64,000 nucleotides of DNA, from contig NC_064841.1 of assembly GCF_024166365.1 (NCBI RefSeq), positions 46,311,680 through 46,375,679 of the forward strand, in the 5' to 3' direction. This document shows positions 37,526 through 50,610 of the stretch, piece after piece; the first letter of the stretch is position 1, and the number at the start of each line of letters is the position of its first letter. A program made the position numbers and the translations under genes. Origin of the DNA: Elephas maximus (taxonomy: Eukaryota). The notes beneath the pieces are model-generated. The model made no database searches and was not told the DNA's origin. It saw only the letters and a program-made list of their open reading frames with translations.

Positions 37526-40406
37526 CCAAAACATAAACAAGATTGCAGAAATAGTGTTATAGAAAGGCTGAGGAACAGGTTTGACATAATGGAAAACAGG
37601 ATGAGTGAAATTGAAGACAAACACTTGGGTACAACTCTGAGGAAAAAACAGAAAAAAGAATGAAGACAAATGAAGAAACCCTGAGAATTATGTGGGCTAC
37701 AATCCAAAGCAAAACTTTGCGAGTGGTCGGTGTTCCAGAAAAGGGGGAGAAAACAGAAAACACAGAGATCACCAAAGAACTGCTGACAAAAAACTTCCCT
37801 AATACCATGAAGGATGAAAAGGTGACCATCCAAAAAGCTCAATGAATCCAATATAGCATAGACCCCAAAAGAAAATCACCAAGACATATCAGTCATGCTT
37901 GCTATAAACAAAGACAAAGGAAAAATCCTGAGAGCAGCTAGAGAAAAACTAAAAATCACATACAGAGAAGAAACAATACGGTCAAACTCTGATTTTTTGG
38001 CAGAGGCCATGCAGGCAAGAACGCAATGGGATGACATATATAAAACCTTGAAAAAAAAAAAAAATGCCAGCCAAGAATAATATATCCTGCAAAATCCTTG
38101 TTCAAATATGATGGTTGAAATTAGGATATTTCCAGATAAATAGAAATTAAGGGAATACGTAAAAACCAAACCAAGCTTACGAGAATTATTAAAGGGAGTC
38201 TTTCAGTCTCAGAACAAACAACATCAGACCACAGCCTGAATCTTGGATGCAAGATTGTACCAGACAGATACCAATATAGGAAGTGAACTCTCAAGGACTA
38301 TCCAAAACCAAAAAAAATACAACAGGGAACCAGAGAGGTTAATCTCTAAATGACACAACATCAGAACAATAAAAGAGGGAATAAATGGTGTAGGTATAGA
38401 ACATTCTAATGGAGAGAAAAGCAAGGCGATACCAAGTAAAAATAAACTGGTTCAAACCTAGGAAGATAAGGGTAAATTACAAGGTAACCACAAAAAAGTT
38501 AATGAACATACTCCTCAAAATAAAGAAGAAAAACAAAGTCTCAATAAAAACAAAAGAAGTAAAAAAGAAATCCACAAACAAAAGGAATTCAGCACAGGAG
38601 AGTAAGCAGAACAAAGAAAATGTCAGCACTGCAAAATAACAGTACTAAACTCACACCTATCAATAATTACACTGAATGTAAATGGCCCAAATGCACTCAT
38701 ATAGAGATAGGCAGTGGCAGAATTGAAAAAAAAACAGGATGCATCAATATGCTGTCTACAAGAGCCACACCTTAGAAACAAAGACATAAGTTTATTAAAA
38801 ATCAAAGGATGTAAAAATATATCAAGGAAGCAGCTACCAAAAAAAAAAAAAAACAAAAAAACAGCAGGAGTGACAATACTAATTTCAGATAAAATAGATG
38901 TTAAAACAAAGTCTACCGTAAAAGGCAAAGAAGGCACTATATAATGATTAAAGGGATGATCCATCATGAAGACTTAACCATAATAGACATCTACACACCC
39001 AGGACAGTTATCCAAAATACAGAAAGCAAGCTCTAACAGCAATGAAAAGAAAAACTGACAGTTCCACAATAACAGTAGGAAACTTCAACACACCACTCTC
39101 GGTAAAGGACAGAACATCTAGAAAGAAACTCAGTGAAGACACAGAAGAGCCAGAGGTCACAATCAGCCAACTTGACCTCATAGACATATATAGAACACTC
39201 AACCCAACAGCTGCAAAGTACACATTCTTTTCCAGTGCACAAGGAATGTTTTCCAGAATAGAAAACATCTTAGGTCACAGAGCAACCCTCAACAAAATCC
39301 AAACCACTGAAATAATATGAAGTGTCTTCTCTGACCACAACAGCATCAATGCAGAAATTAACAACAGGAAGAGCAAGGAGAAAAAACCAATTACATGGAA
39401 ACTGAATAACGCTCTGCGTAAAAACCACTGAGTAACAGAAGAAATTACAGATGGAATCAAAAAATTCCCAGAATCAAACGAGAATGAAACACATAAAAAG
39501 AAACAATCTTTGATGGTTACGAGGGAGGGGAGGAGTGGGTATGGAAAAACACTAAAATAGGCAACAGATAAGTGGTAACTTTGGTGAAGGGTAAGACACA
39601 GTTCACAATACTGGGGAAGCCAGCAAAACTTGTACAAGGCAAGGCCATGGAAGTTCCACAGATACACCCCTCATCCCTGAGGGACTGAATTGTTGGGCTG
39701 AGGGCTGTGGGGATCATGCTCTCAGCAAACATCTAGCTCAATTGGCATAACATAGTTTATAAAGAAAATATTCTACATTCTACTGTGGTGAGTAGCATCT
39801 GGGGTCTTAAAAGTCTGTGAGCGGCCATCTAGGATACTCCACAGGTCTTACCCCTTCAGGAGCAAGGAAGAATGAAGAAAACTAAAGATACACGGGAAAG
39901 ATTAGGACAAATGGACATCTACCACGGCCTTCACCAGACTGAGTCCAGTACAACTAGATGGTGCCTGGCTACAACCACTGACTGCTCTGACAGGGATCAC
40001 AAGAAAGGGTCCCGGACAGAGCTAGAGAAAAATGTAGAACAAAATTCTAACTCAAAAAGAAAGACCAGACTTGCTGGCCTGACAGAAACTGGAGAAACAC
40101 TGAGAGTGTGGTCCCAGACACCCGATCAGCTCAGTAAGGAAGTCACTCTGGAGATTCACCCTTCAGCTGAAGATTGGACAGACCCATAAAATAAAACGAG
40201 ACTAAAGGGGCACACCAGCCCTGGGGCAAGGACTAGAAGGCAGGAGGGGACAGGAACGCTGGTAATAGGGAACCTAAGGTTGATAAGGGAGAGTGTTTAC
40301 ATGTCATGGGGTTGTTGACTAATGTCATAAAACAATATGTGTACTGTTTAATGACAAACTAGTTTGATCTATAAACCTGAATATAAAGTACAAAAAAAAA
40401 AAAAAA
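37526..40406 (+). mobile_element. L1 'type B' continuation: rest of ORF1 (to ~38200), inter-ORF spacer, ORF2 endonuclease (38640-~39500), internal deletion of the RT region (junction ~39510), ~0.9 kb 3'UTR, A15 tail
   Basis: ORFs 37660-37845 and 37895-38080 are the ORF1 C-domain. ORFs 38714-38944 and 39042-39320 are the ORF2 EN domain. 39510-40391 is collinear with the 3'UTR 36520-37500 (ggtcttaaaagtctgtgagcggccatctaggata...) and ends aaaaaaaaaaaaaaa. Confidence 0.8.
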
Positions 40407-40458
40407 CCTATGTTTCCCAATAATTATTAGTCCACTTGTAGTTATTAACTGCTTGTTG

Positions 40459-40933
40459 TGGATTGAATTATGTCCCCCCAAAAACATGTGTATCAGTTGG
40501 GCTGGGCCATGATTCCCGGTATTGTGTGATTTTCGTATATGTTGTAAATCCTGCCCCTATGATGTTGATGAGGGGGGACAGGCAGCAGTTGTGTTAGTGA
40601 GGCAGGACTCAGTCTACAAGACTGGACTGTGTCCTGAGGCAATCTCTTGAGATATAAAGGAAAGGGAAGCAGGCAGAGAGTTGGGGACCTTATACCACCA
40701 AGAAAGCAGCACCATGAGCAGAGCGTGTCCTTTGGACACCAGGTCCCTGTGCCTGAGAAGTTCCTCGACCAGGGGAAACCTTCCTCCAGAGAGAGAAAGA
40801 ACAGAGAGAGAAAGCCTTCCCCTGGACTGAATTTGGACTTGTAACCTACTAGATTGTGAGAAAATAAATTTCTCTTTGTTAAAGCCATCCATTTGTGATA
40901 TTTCTGTTATGGCAGCACTAGATGACTAAGACA
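40459..40933 (+). mobile_element. MaLR-like solo LTR
   Basis: tggattgaattatgtccccccaaaaacatgtgtatcagt...ctagattgtgagaaaataaatttctctttgttaaagccatccatttgtgatatttctgttatggcagcactagatgactaagaca has the same architecture as the LTRs at 14637 and 16329. Confidence 0.6.
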
Positions 40934-41395
40934 CTACTGAAAGAAACAAAATTGATTTTAAATATTCTGACTAATTCAACTGGTCTTCCTTTAATCAAGT
41001 TAGCCTCTAAACTTGTTTAATTAATCCATTTGATTAATATCAAAATTTTGTTTATACAAGCCCATGTAAATTAAATACATGTGCTACTGCGTTAATGCTA
41101 TGTATATCATGAAAAATTTTTAAAAGTTTATAATGTGTAATAATGAGAAAATAAAAATGCAATATTTTTGTTGAATTTATTAAAGGGTCAACAAACCATT
41201 CGGCTGTCTCAATAACGTAACACTAAGCAATGTGATGGCATGGCATATACCACATTTTTTTTTTAAATCTTGGTTTAATACGTTGTGATACTGCAATTCA
41301 AAGTTAAGTTTTATTAATACTTGTTCTAATGGCTATCATAGCTGCAAAAGATCTAAACGGAAGAAATTCCTCTTTGGTTGTGCCTATTATATGAA

Positions 41396-41748
41396 TTATG
41401 GTGTTGGCGAAGAATATTGAATATACCATGGACTGTCAGAAAAATGAACAAATTTATCTTGGAAGAAGTACAGCCAAAATGCTTCTTAGAAGCAAGGATG
41501 TTGAGGCTTTGTCTCACTTTGGACATGTTATCAGGATGGATAAGTCCCTGGAGAAGGACATCATGCTTGGTAAAGCAGAGGGTCGGCGAAAAAGAGGAAG
41601 ACCCTCAATGAGATGGATTGACAGTGGCTGCAACAACAGGCTCAAGCATAACAACAATTATAAGGGTGGCGCAGGACTGGGCAATGTTTCTTTCTGTTGT
41701 ACAAGAGGTCACTATGAGTCAGAGCCAACTGGACAGCACCTAACAATG
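41396..41748 (+). mobile_element. RTE/BovB-like 3'-terminal fragment
   Basis: ORF 41378-41611 ...LWCWRRILNIPWTVRKMNKFILEEVQPKCFLEARMLRLCLT matches the RTE C-terminus. The tail is tatgagtcagagccaactggacagcacctaacaatgac. Confidence 0.75.
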
Positions 41749-41814
41749 ACAAAAGCAACATTGTGGCAAAACGGACTTTTCGCCCACCCACTAAGTTACT
41801 CAAGGAATTTTTCT

Positions 41815-42140
41815 TTTTTTATTTTAAATTGTGCTTTAGTTGAAAGTTTACAGAACAAACTCATTTCTCATTAAACAATTAAAATACATATTGTTTTGTG
41901 TTGTGACATTAACTGCCAGCCCTGCGATGTGTCAACACTCTCCCCTTCTTGACCTTGACCCATTTCCATTCATCTAGCTTTCCTGTCACCTCCTGCCTTC
42001 TCATCCTTGCCCCTGGGCATGGGTGCTTATTCATTTTTTTTTTTAATTGTGCCTTAGGTGAAAGCTTACAAAACCAATTAATTTCTCATTAAACAATTAG
42101 TACACATATTGTTTTGTGACATTCATTGCCAACAATTCAA
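41815..42140 (+). repeat. Two diverged ~110-bp copies (41815-41925 and 42035-42140) of an unclassified short repeat, each preceded by a T-run
   Basis: tttttttattttaaattgtgctttagttgaaagtttacagaacaaactcatttctcattaaacaattaaaatacatattgttttgtgttgtgacattaactgccag versus tttttttttttaattgtgccttaggtgaaagcttacaaaaccaattaatttctcattaaacaattagtacacatattgttttgtgacattcattgccaac. Confidence 0.4.
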
Positions 42141-42330
42141 AGTATTTTTCTTGACATTTGTTTTAATAGATTTCCATCTTTCTCAAGCAGTTGTTTTGGC
42201 AAACTAATATTAAAGGTGTTGCTTTTTTAAAATGGTGGTATAATTTATATATAGCGAACTGCTCAATTAAGAATTTTCTGAGGACAGCCTGGTACTGGTA
42301 TAACAACAGACACGGAGATCAATGAAAAAG

Positions 42331-43312
42331 AATTGTTGTTAGGTGCCGTCGAGTTGATTCCAACTCACAGCGATGCTATGTACAGCAAAACGAAACGCTG
42401 TCTGGTCCTGCGTCATTCTCACAATCGTTATGCTTAAGCCTGTTGTTGCAGCCACTGTGTCAATCCGTGTTGAGGGTCTTCCTCTTTTTTCGCTGACCCT
42501 CCACTTTAGCAAGCATGATGTCCTTCTCCAGGAACTGATCCCTCCTGATGATATATTCAAAGTATGTGACACGCAGTCTCGCCATCCTTGCTTCCATCCT
42601 TGCACTCCTTCAAAGATAGATTTGTTCATTATCTTGGCAGTCCACGGTATATTCAATATTCTTTGCCAACACCACAATTCACAGGCATCAATTTTTCTTT
42701 ACCTTCATTATTCATCATTCAGCTTTCATGCGCGTATGAGACTACTGAAAAAGCCATGCTTGGGTCAGGCACATCTTAGTCTTCAAGGTGACATCTTTGC
42801 TTTTCAATGCTTTAAAGAGGTCTTTTGCAGCAGACTGGCCCAATGCAATGTGTCTTTTGATTTCCTGACTGCTGCTTCCATGAATGTTGATTGTGGATTT
42901 GAGTAAAATGAAATCCTTGACAACTCCCATCTTTTCTTCATTTATCATGATGTTGCTTATTGGTCCAGTTATGAGAATTTTTGTTTTCCTTATGTTGAGG
43001 TATAATCCATACTGAAGGCTATGGTCTTTGATCTTCATTAGTAAGTGCTTCAAGTCCTCTTCACTTTCAGCAAGCAAGGTTGCATCATCTGCATATCCCA
43101 GGTTGTTAATGAGTCTTCCTTCAATCCTGATGCCTTATTCTTCTTCGTATAGTCCAGCTTCTCAGCTTGTTGCTTAGCAAACAGACTGAATAGGTATGGT
43201 GAAATAATATAAGCCTGGCACATACCTTTCCTGACTTAAAACCACACAGTATCTCCTTGTTCTGTTCGAACAACTGCCTCTTGATCTATGTAAACCCACA
43301 CATCTATTGTCA
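42331..43312 (-). mobile_element. RTE/BovB-like, 3' ~1 kb (RT C-terminal region and 3' tail), antisense
   Basis: Minus ORFs 42339-42677 (MWCWQRILNIPWTAKIMNKSIFEG...) and 42742-43077 (MLAESEEDLKHLLMKIKDHSLQYGLYLNIRKTKILTTGP...) are the BovB/RTE RT C-terminus. Confidence 0.8.
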
Positions 43313-44663
43313 ACTGATTTCTGAAAAGGGTGTTAAGTCCATTCAGTGGGGAAAGAAGGGTCTCTTCAACACATGGTGCTGGGAAAACTGGATTTCACAT
43401 ACAGAAAAATGAAACAAAATCCATGTCACATAACATACACAGAAACAAATTCAAAATGGATTAAGGATCTAAATATGCAAACTAAAACCATAAAATTCTT
43501 AGAAGAAAGAGCAGGGGCAATGCTGTCAGGCCTAGTTTTTAACAAGGGATTATCAAACACAATAACAAAAGCACAAACAGCAAAACACAAAATAAATAAA
43601 TGAGACTTCGTAAAAATTAAAAACTTTTGTTCATCAAAATAAGAACCCGTAAAAAAACCCTTACTTTACCAAAAATGTGGTGTGGCAGGCTATCAACTGG
43701 GAGTATATCTTCAGAAACTGTATATCTGACAAGAATCTAATAACCAAAATATATATAAAACTTCAACAACTTGATAACCAAATGACAAATAACCCAATCA
43801 TAAAACGAGCAAAGAACTTGAAAAAACATTTCACCAAAGAGGACATTCAAATGGCCACTAAACACATGAAAAGACATTCAGTGTCATTAGCCATCAGAGA
43901 GATGCAAATCAAAACCACAGTGAGATACCATTTCACTCCTACTTGGATAGCTAAGATTAAAAAAAAAAAAAAAAACAGGAAATACTAAATGTTGTCAAGG
44001 ATGTAAGGAAATTGGAACCCTTATCCATTGGTAGTGAGAATGCAAACGGTACAGCTCTTGTAGAAAACAGTGTGGTGGTTCCTCAAAAAACTAAATGTGG
44101 AACTACCATGTTGTTGTCAGCTGCCACTGAGTCAGTTCCAACTCGTAGTGACCCAGAGGTTCTGTGCCATCCTCATAATTGTTGTTATGCTTGAGCCCAT
44201 TGTTGCAGCCACTAAGTCAGTCCATCTCTTTAAGGGTCTTCCACTTTTTTGCTGACCCTCTATATTACCAAGCACGATGTCCTCCAGGGACTGGTCCCTC
44301 CTGATAAAAGAATTACCATAAAAACCACCATATGACCCAACAATTCCATTCCTAGGTAGATACCCAAAAGACTTGAAAGCAGAGACTCAAAAAGAGACTT
44401 GTACACCAATGTTCACTGAAACACTATTCACAATAGCCAAAAGGTGGGAACAACCTAAATGCCCATCAAAATATTAATGGATAAACAAAACCTGGTACAT
44501 ATGTACAATGGAATACTATTCTGCCAACAAAAGAAATGAAGTTCTGAATCATGCTACAATCTGAATGGAGCCTAAAGACATTATGCAGAGTGAAATAAGC
44601 CAATCACAAAAGAACAAATATTATACGACCTCACTTATATAAAAAGACAAGAAGAAATGACAG
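43313..44663 (+). mobile_element. Old L1 3' portion (ORF2 C-terminus and start of 3'UTR), split by the insertion at 44110-44312
   Basis: ORFs 43346-43603 and 43677-43988 (…[23 protein letters not shown]) then 44313-44663 (...PKDLKAETQKETCTPMFTETLFTIAKRWEQPKCPS...) are the L1 ORF2 end. Confidence 0.75.
44110..44312 (-). mobile_element. Short RTE-3'-tail-derived (SINE-like) element inserted in the old L1
   Basis: gttgttgtcagctgccactgagtcagttccaactcgtagtgaccc...tgttgcagccactaagtcagtccatctctttaagggtcttccacttttttgctgaccctctatattaccaagcacgatgtcctccagggactggtccctcctgata is collinear with the last ~200 bp of the RTE copies, for example 42331-42540. Confidence 0.6.
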
Positions 44664-44665
44664 GG

Positions 44666-47438
44666 TGCAGGGCCATGATGGCAGAGTAGTCAGACACTTC
44701 CTGTGGTCCCTCTTACAACAAAGACCCAAAAAAGCCAATGAATCAATTACATACGACAATCTAGGAGCCTTGAACATCAAAGGCAAGGTTGAAGAATCAG
44801 ACTGAGGGACAGGGGAGGGAGAGATGGTTCAGAAGCAGTGAGGAGTTGCCAGTGGGAACCACCACCCTGCAGGCTGGATCGCCATGTGCGGTAAGGCAAG
44901 CAGTGGCGCTTGGGATGCGTTTTCCACATAGGGAGAGGCTGAGGAGCAGAGTCTGCTCAACCTCCAGAACCAGCAAGAAGCAGCACTCAATCAGCAAAAC
45001 ATAAGTACATGCATCTAAGCTACCACGTGGTTCAAAAAACACCACCTTTGGGAAGAACTTCTCTCCCATTTACCTGCTCCCTCCCTACTCTGCACCAGGT
45101 CTGGGCTGGCTTCAGCAACTGCTGCACACCCTGGGCTGGAAGAGCACCCATCAAATGTTCTGAGCCATTCTCCCAGCTTTGGAGAGGGAACAAATTAACA
45201 AACAGGAAAAAATTACCTGCCAGCTCCCCTAAGCTGGAAACTCAGGGCAGGCACAGTTCCTTTGTCTAGGCACAGGCATAAGGGGGTCCACAGACTTTGA
45301 ATGCCTTTCACCCCTGCATAGACCTGTGTGGGCTCACTCCATTGCATAGGTCCTCATTACCACACTACAACAGGGTATACACCTGAAGTCTAAGTTCAAC
45401 TGTATCAGCTATAAGGTGGAGTGGGAGGTTCATGACATTTAACACTGCTCTGCTCATTAGCAAGGTCCTCACTTAAGCACATCAGGGACCTAAGGACCGG
45501 TGGTTTCACCCATATCACCTAGCCACTCATGACAAGGATCCAAGAATAAGTGCTGCCTCCCAGTCCCTACAGCCAATAGCATTGGGTACCCATACTCTGG
45601 CTGCAAAACCTACCCATCTACATGCTCCAGGGAACGGGGACACGCTTTCCTCCCAGACACTCAGGAGCAGCCGTAAGCCTCTTGCCTTACTCAGCACATG
45701 ATCCCCTACTGGAGCCAGATACCTGTGCCTACGCCAATCACCCCTGTCCATCTAGAACTGTAGGTGAGAGCCTGAACCACACACTACGTGACTGACAACC
45801 TAGACACCTAAGATGAATTTATACAAGAAAAGCAAACGGACTCCTGGGTTCACATACCTAGTAAAAACTCTTAATGACCCTGGTGACAGGACATGAGAGC
45901 TTCAAATGTGACAATTATCAACTAGCTCACATGACTGGCCTATTTGGGCATATTAAAACAAGAAGCTAGAATATAGTATACAAACATAAATAAATATAAT
46001 AACTTATTGATGGCTTGGAAACAACAGTCAACATCAAATCACATAAAGAGGCAGGACATGATGGCTTCAGTAAGTGAGCAAAACAAGAATCAAGAAATCT
46101 TCCGGAGGAAGATAATTTCTTGAAATTACCGGCAATAGAATTCAAAAGATGAATATACAGAGTTCTTCCTGAGATCAAGAGGGAGATCAGGAAAAATGCA
46201 GAACAAGTCGGGGAACACACAGTCAAAGCTATAGAGGAAATTAAGAAGGTTATGCAAAGCATAATGATAATTTTAATGGGCTGCAAGAATCCATAGAGAG
46301 ACAGCAAACAGAAATCTAAAAGATTAACCACAAAATTTCAGAATTAGACAACTCAATATTAAGTCATAGGAGCAGTATTGAGGCAGAAAGTCAGAATTAG
46401 TGAAGTCAAAGATAAAGCACTTGACACCAACTCATTTGAGGAAAAAGCAGAAAAAAGAATTAAAAAAAAAATGAAGAAACCCCAAGAATTCTGTGAGACT
46501 CTATCATGAGGAATAACCTACGAGTGATTGGAGTACCAGAACAGGGGTAAATAACAGAAAATACACACAGAATTGCTGAAGATTTGTTGGTGGAAAACTT
46601 CCCTGATATCATGAAAGATGAGAAGGTATCTATCCAAGAAGCTGATTGAACTCCACACAATGTAGATCCCAAAAGAAAGCCACCAAGACATATTATAATC
46701 AAACTTAAAAAACCAAAGGTAAAAAGAGAGTTTTAAGAGTGGCTAGGGATAAACAAAAAGTCATCTACAAAGGAGAGTCAAGAAGAGGAAGCTTGGACTA
46801 CTCAGCAGAAACCATGCAGGCAAGAAGGCAATGGGATGACATATATAAAGCCTTGAAGGAAAACACCTGGCAGCCAAGAATTATATACCCAACAAAACTC
46901 CCAACCATGACAGTGAAATTAGGGCATTTCCACATAAACAGAAGTTAAAGGAATTTGTAAAAACCAAACCAAAATTAAAAGAAATACTGAATGGAGACTT
47001 CTGGTTAGAAAATCAGTAATATCAGATAATAACAGAAGACTAGAACACAGGATAGAATAACCAGGTATCAACCCAGAAAGGGAAGTCACAAATAAAGCTA
47101 AAACACTGAAAATAGGGAAACAGAGACATCAATATGTAAAAGATGACAACATTAAAACAAAACATAGGGATTAAATGTAGTCACAGATCTTTCATATGGA
47201 GAAGAAGTCAAGGTGTTGTAAAGAAACAAAAGATTGTTTAAACTTAGAAAAATCGAGGTAAATATTCAGGTATCCACAAAGGAAACTAACAATCCTACAC
47301 ATCAAAATAAAAACCATAAAGACTCAGTAAATACAAAATCAAGAACAATGAAAAGAAAATACATAAAGAAAAATGACTCAGCTCAGAAAATTAAGTGGAA
47401 AAAAGAAAGTGTCAACAACACACACCAAAAAAATACAT
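44666..47438 (+). mobile_element. L1 5' portion: 5'UTR type 'b' (~1.4 kb, non-monomeric), ORF1 (degenerate), inter-ORF spacer. It ends exactly where the ORF2 ATG would start
   Basis: Start gtgcagggccatgatggcagagtagtcagacacttcctgtggtccctcttacaacaaagacccaaaaaagcc. Collinear with 6418-9000. The last bases ...acacaccaaaaaaatacat correspond to ...aaaaaaagacatcaaaATG of the 6418 copy. Confidence 0.8.
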
Positions 47439-48060
47439 GAAGGCGGGGCCAAGATGACTGACTAGGTAGAAGCTACAGCGGATCCCTCTTACAACAAAGA
47501 CTCAGAAAAACAAGTGAATCGAGCACATATATGACAATCTACAAGCCCTGACCATCAAACACAGAACTAAGGAGCTGACCTGAGTGACAGGGGAGCAAAA
47601 AGCCACACTCTGAAGCGGCAACCGCTTCTGGAACCAGCGTTCCGTGCCACAGCCTTGAGCCTTTGCGGTTCCCTGGTGCCAGAGTGGTGGGGCTGATCAC
47701 GGCTTCCTGAGGCGGCGCAAGCAAGGGACGCAGCCCTCGCGCCCTGAAGTAACCTCGGCGGAAACCCAGCCAGCCCACACAGGCTGCACAACGACTCAGT
47801 TGACAAGAGAAGGAGAAATCGCAGGGAAGGCAGGGATTGGTTTTGGAGCCTGGAGTGCAGCGTCCCAGCCAGAAAACCTTGGCACTGGGCTTTGGACTAG
47901 GAGCGGAGGAACTGATCACAGCTTCCTGAGACAGCACAAGCACAGGACGAAGGCCTGACCTTTGAGGACAATCTCGACCCAGCCAGCTGGCGCACACAGG
48001 CTACACGGCCCTCTGGAATCTCAGATAAAACAGTCATCACCAAGCAAGATAAGTAACTGT
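47439..48060 (+). mobile_element. L1 5'UTR fragment of a third type (shared ~120-bp leader plus two ~220-bp monomers)
   Basis: gaaggcggggccaagatgactgactaggtagaagctacagcggatccctcttacaacaaagactcagaaaaacaagtgaatcgagcacatatatgacaatctac closely matches 30011-30120. Downstream monomers contain gcagcgtcccagccag as in the 30.3-31.1 kb array. Confidence 0.75.
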
Positions 48061-50610
48061 CTATATTGCCAGCACACTACTCTTCTTTGGTGAAGTGCCT
48101 GTTCATATCTTTTGCTCATTTTTTAACTGGGTTATTTGTCTTTTTGTTGTTGAGTTTTTGCAGTATCATATAGATTTTAGAGGTCAGAAGCTGATAGGAA
48201 ATGTCATAAAAAAGCTAACACTTTTTCCCAGTCTGTATGTAATCTTTTTACTCTTTTGGTGAAGTCTTTGGATGAGCATAGGTGTTTGATTTTTAGGAGC
48301 TCCCCGGTATCTAGTTTCTCTTCTGGTGTTTGTACATTGTTAGTAATGATTTGTATACTGTTTATGCCATGTATTAGGGCTTCTAGCATTGTTCCTATTT
48401 TTTATTCCATAATCTTCAGCATTTTAGATTTTATAGTTAGGTCTTTGATCCATTTTGAATTTGTTTTTTGTGCGTGGTGTGAGGTGTGGGTCTTGTTTCA
48501 TTTTTTTGCAGATGGGTATCCAGTTATGTCAGCACCATTTGTTAAAGAGACTGTCAACTGTCTTTTCCTCATTTAACTGACTTTGGGCCTTTCTCAAATC
48601 AAATATCAGCTGCTCATATGTGGATGGATTTATGTCTGGATTCTCAATTCTGTTCCACTGGTCTATGTATCTGTTGTTGTACCAGCACCAGGCTGTTTTG
48701 ACTACTGTGGTGGTATAATAGGTTCTAAAATCAGGTACAGTGAGGCCTCCCACTTTGTTCTTCTTTTTCAGTAATGCTTTACTTGTCTGGGGCCTCTTTC
48801 CTTTCCCCTTCCATATGAAGTTGGTTATTTGTTTCTCAATCTCATAAAAAAATGTCGTTGGAATCTGAATCAAAATTCCATTGTATCTACAGATCTCTTT
48901 TGGTAGAATAGATATTTTTACAATGTTAAGTTTTCCTATCCATGAGCAAGGTATGTTTTTCCACTTATGTAGGTCTGTTTTGGTTTCTTGCAGTAGTGTC
49001 ATGTACTTTTCTTTGTATAAGGCTTTTACATCTCTGGTAAGATTTATTCCTAAGTATTTTATCTTCTTGGGGGCTATTGTAAATGGTATTGATTTGGTGA
49101 TTTCCTCTTCGATATTCTTTTTGTTGTTATAGAGGAATCCAACTAATTTCTGTATGTTTATCTTGTATCCTGACACTCTACTGAACTCTTCTATTAGTTT
49201 CAGTAGGTTTCTTGAGGATTCCTTAGGGTTTTCTGTGTATATGATCATGTCATCTGCAAATAAAAATTCTTTTGCTTCTTCCTTGCCAATCTGGATGCCC
49301 TTTATTTCTTTATCTAGCCTAACTGCTCTGGCTAGGACCTCAGGCACAATGCTGAATAAGAGTCGTGATAAAGGGCATCCTTGTCTGGTTCCCAGTCTCA
49401 AGGGGAATCCTTTCAGACTCTCTCCATTTAGAATGATGTTGGCTATTGGCTTTGCGCACTGGGTTTTTTTTGGCTTTGTATAAATGTCCTTTTTTATGTT
49501 GAGGAATTTTCCTTCTATTCCTATTTTGCTGAGAGTTTTTATCATGAATGTGTGTTGTACTTTGTCAAATGCCTTTTCTGCATCAGTTGATAAGATCATG
49601 TGGTTCTTGTCTTTTGTTTTGTTTATATGATGGATTACATTAATTGTTTTTCTAATGTTGAACCATCCCTGCATACCTTGTATGAATCTCACTTGGCCAT
49701 CGTGAATTTTTTTTTTTTTTGGATATGGTGTTGAATTCTATTGGCTAGAATTTTTTTTGAAGATTTTTGCATGTAAGTTCGTGAGGGATATAGGTCCATA
49801 ATTTTCTTTTTTTGTGTGATGTTCTTACCTGGTTTTGGTATCAGGGATATGCTGGCTTCATAGAATGAGTTTGGGAATATTCCATCCATTTCTATGCTCT
49901 GAGATACCTTTAGTATTAGTGGTGTTAACTCTTCTCTGAAAGTTCAGTAGAAGTCTGCAGTGAAGCCATACCAGCCAGGATTGATTTTTTTTTTTTTGGC
50001 GGGAGTTTTTTGATTACCTTTTCAATCTCTTATTTTGTTATGGGTTTCTTCAGTTGTTCTACCTCTGTTAGTTTAGGTAAGTAGTGTGTTTCTAGAAATT
50101 CATCCATTTCTTCTAGGTTTTCAAATTTGTTAGAGTACAATTTTTCATAGTAATCTGATAAGTTTCTTTTAATTTCAGCTGGGTCTGCTGTGATATCGCC
50201 CATCTCATTTCTTATTCGGGCTATTTCCTTTCTCTCCTCTTTTTTTTTTTAAATCATTTTGGCCAAAAGTTTATCAATTTTGCTAAATTTTTCAAGGAAC
50301 CAGCTTTTGATATTGTTAATTGCTTTTCTGTTCTCTATTTCATTTAATTCTGCTATAAAAAATTCTGCTATAATTTTTATTATTTGCTTTCTTCTGGTTC
50401 CTGAAGTGTTTTTGTTGTTCTTGTTGCTCTCTATTTGTTCAAGTTGTAGGGATAATTCTTTGATTTTGACCCTTTCTTCTTTTTGTACGTGTGCATTTAT
50501 TGATATAAGTTGACCTCCAAGCACTGTTTTAGCTGTATCCCAAACGTTCTGATAGGAAGTATTTTCATTCTCATTGGATTCTATGAATTTCTTTATTTTA
50601 TCCCTGGGTT
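48061..50610 (-). mobile_element. L1 ORF2 (codons ~330-1060, RT domain) in antisense
   Basis: Minus ORF 48529-49692 (387 aa: ...[81 protein letters not shown]...) and minus 50249-50524 are collinear with the ORF2 of 33548-36148. Confidence 0.85.
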
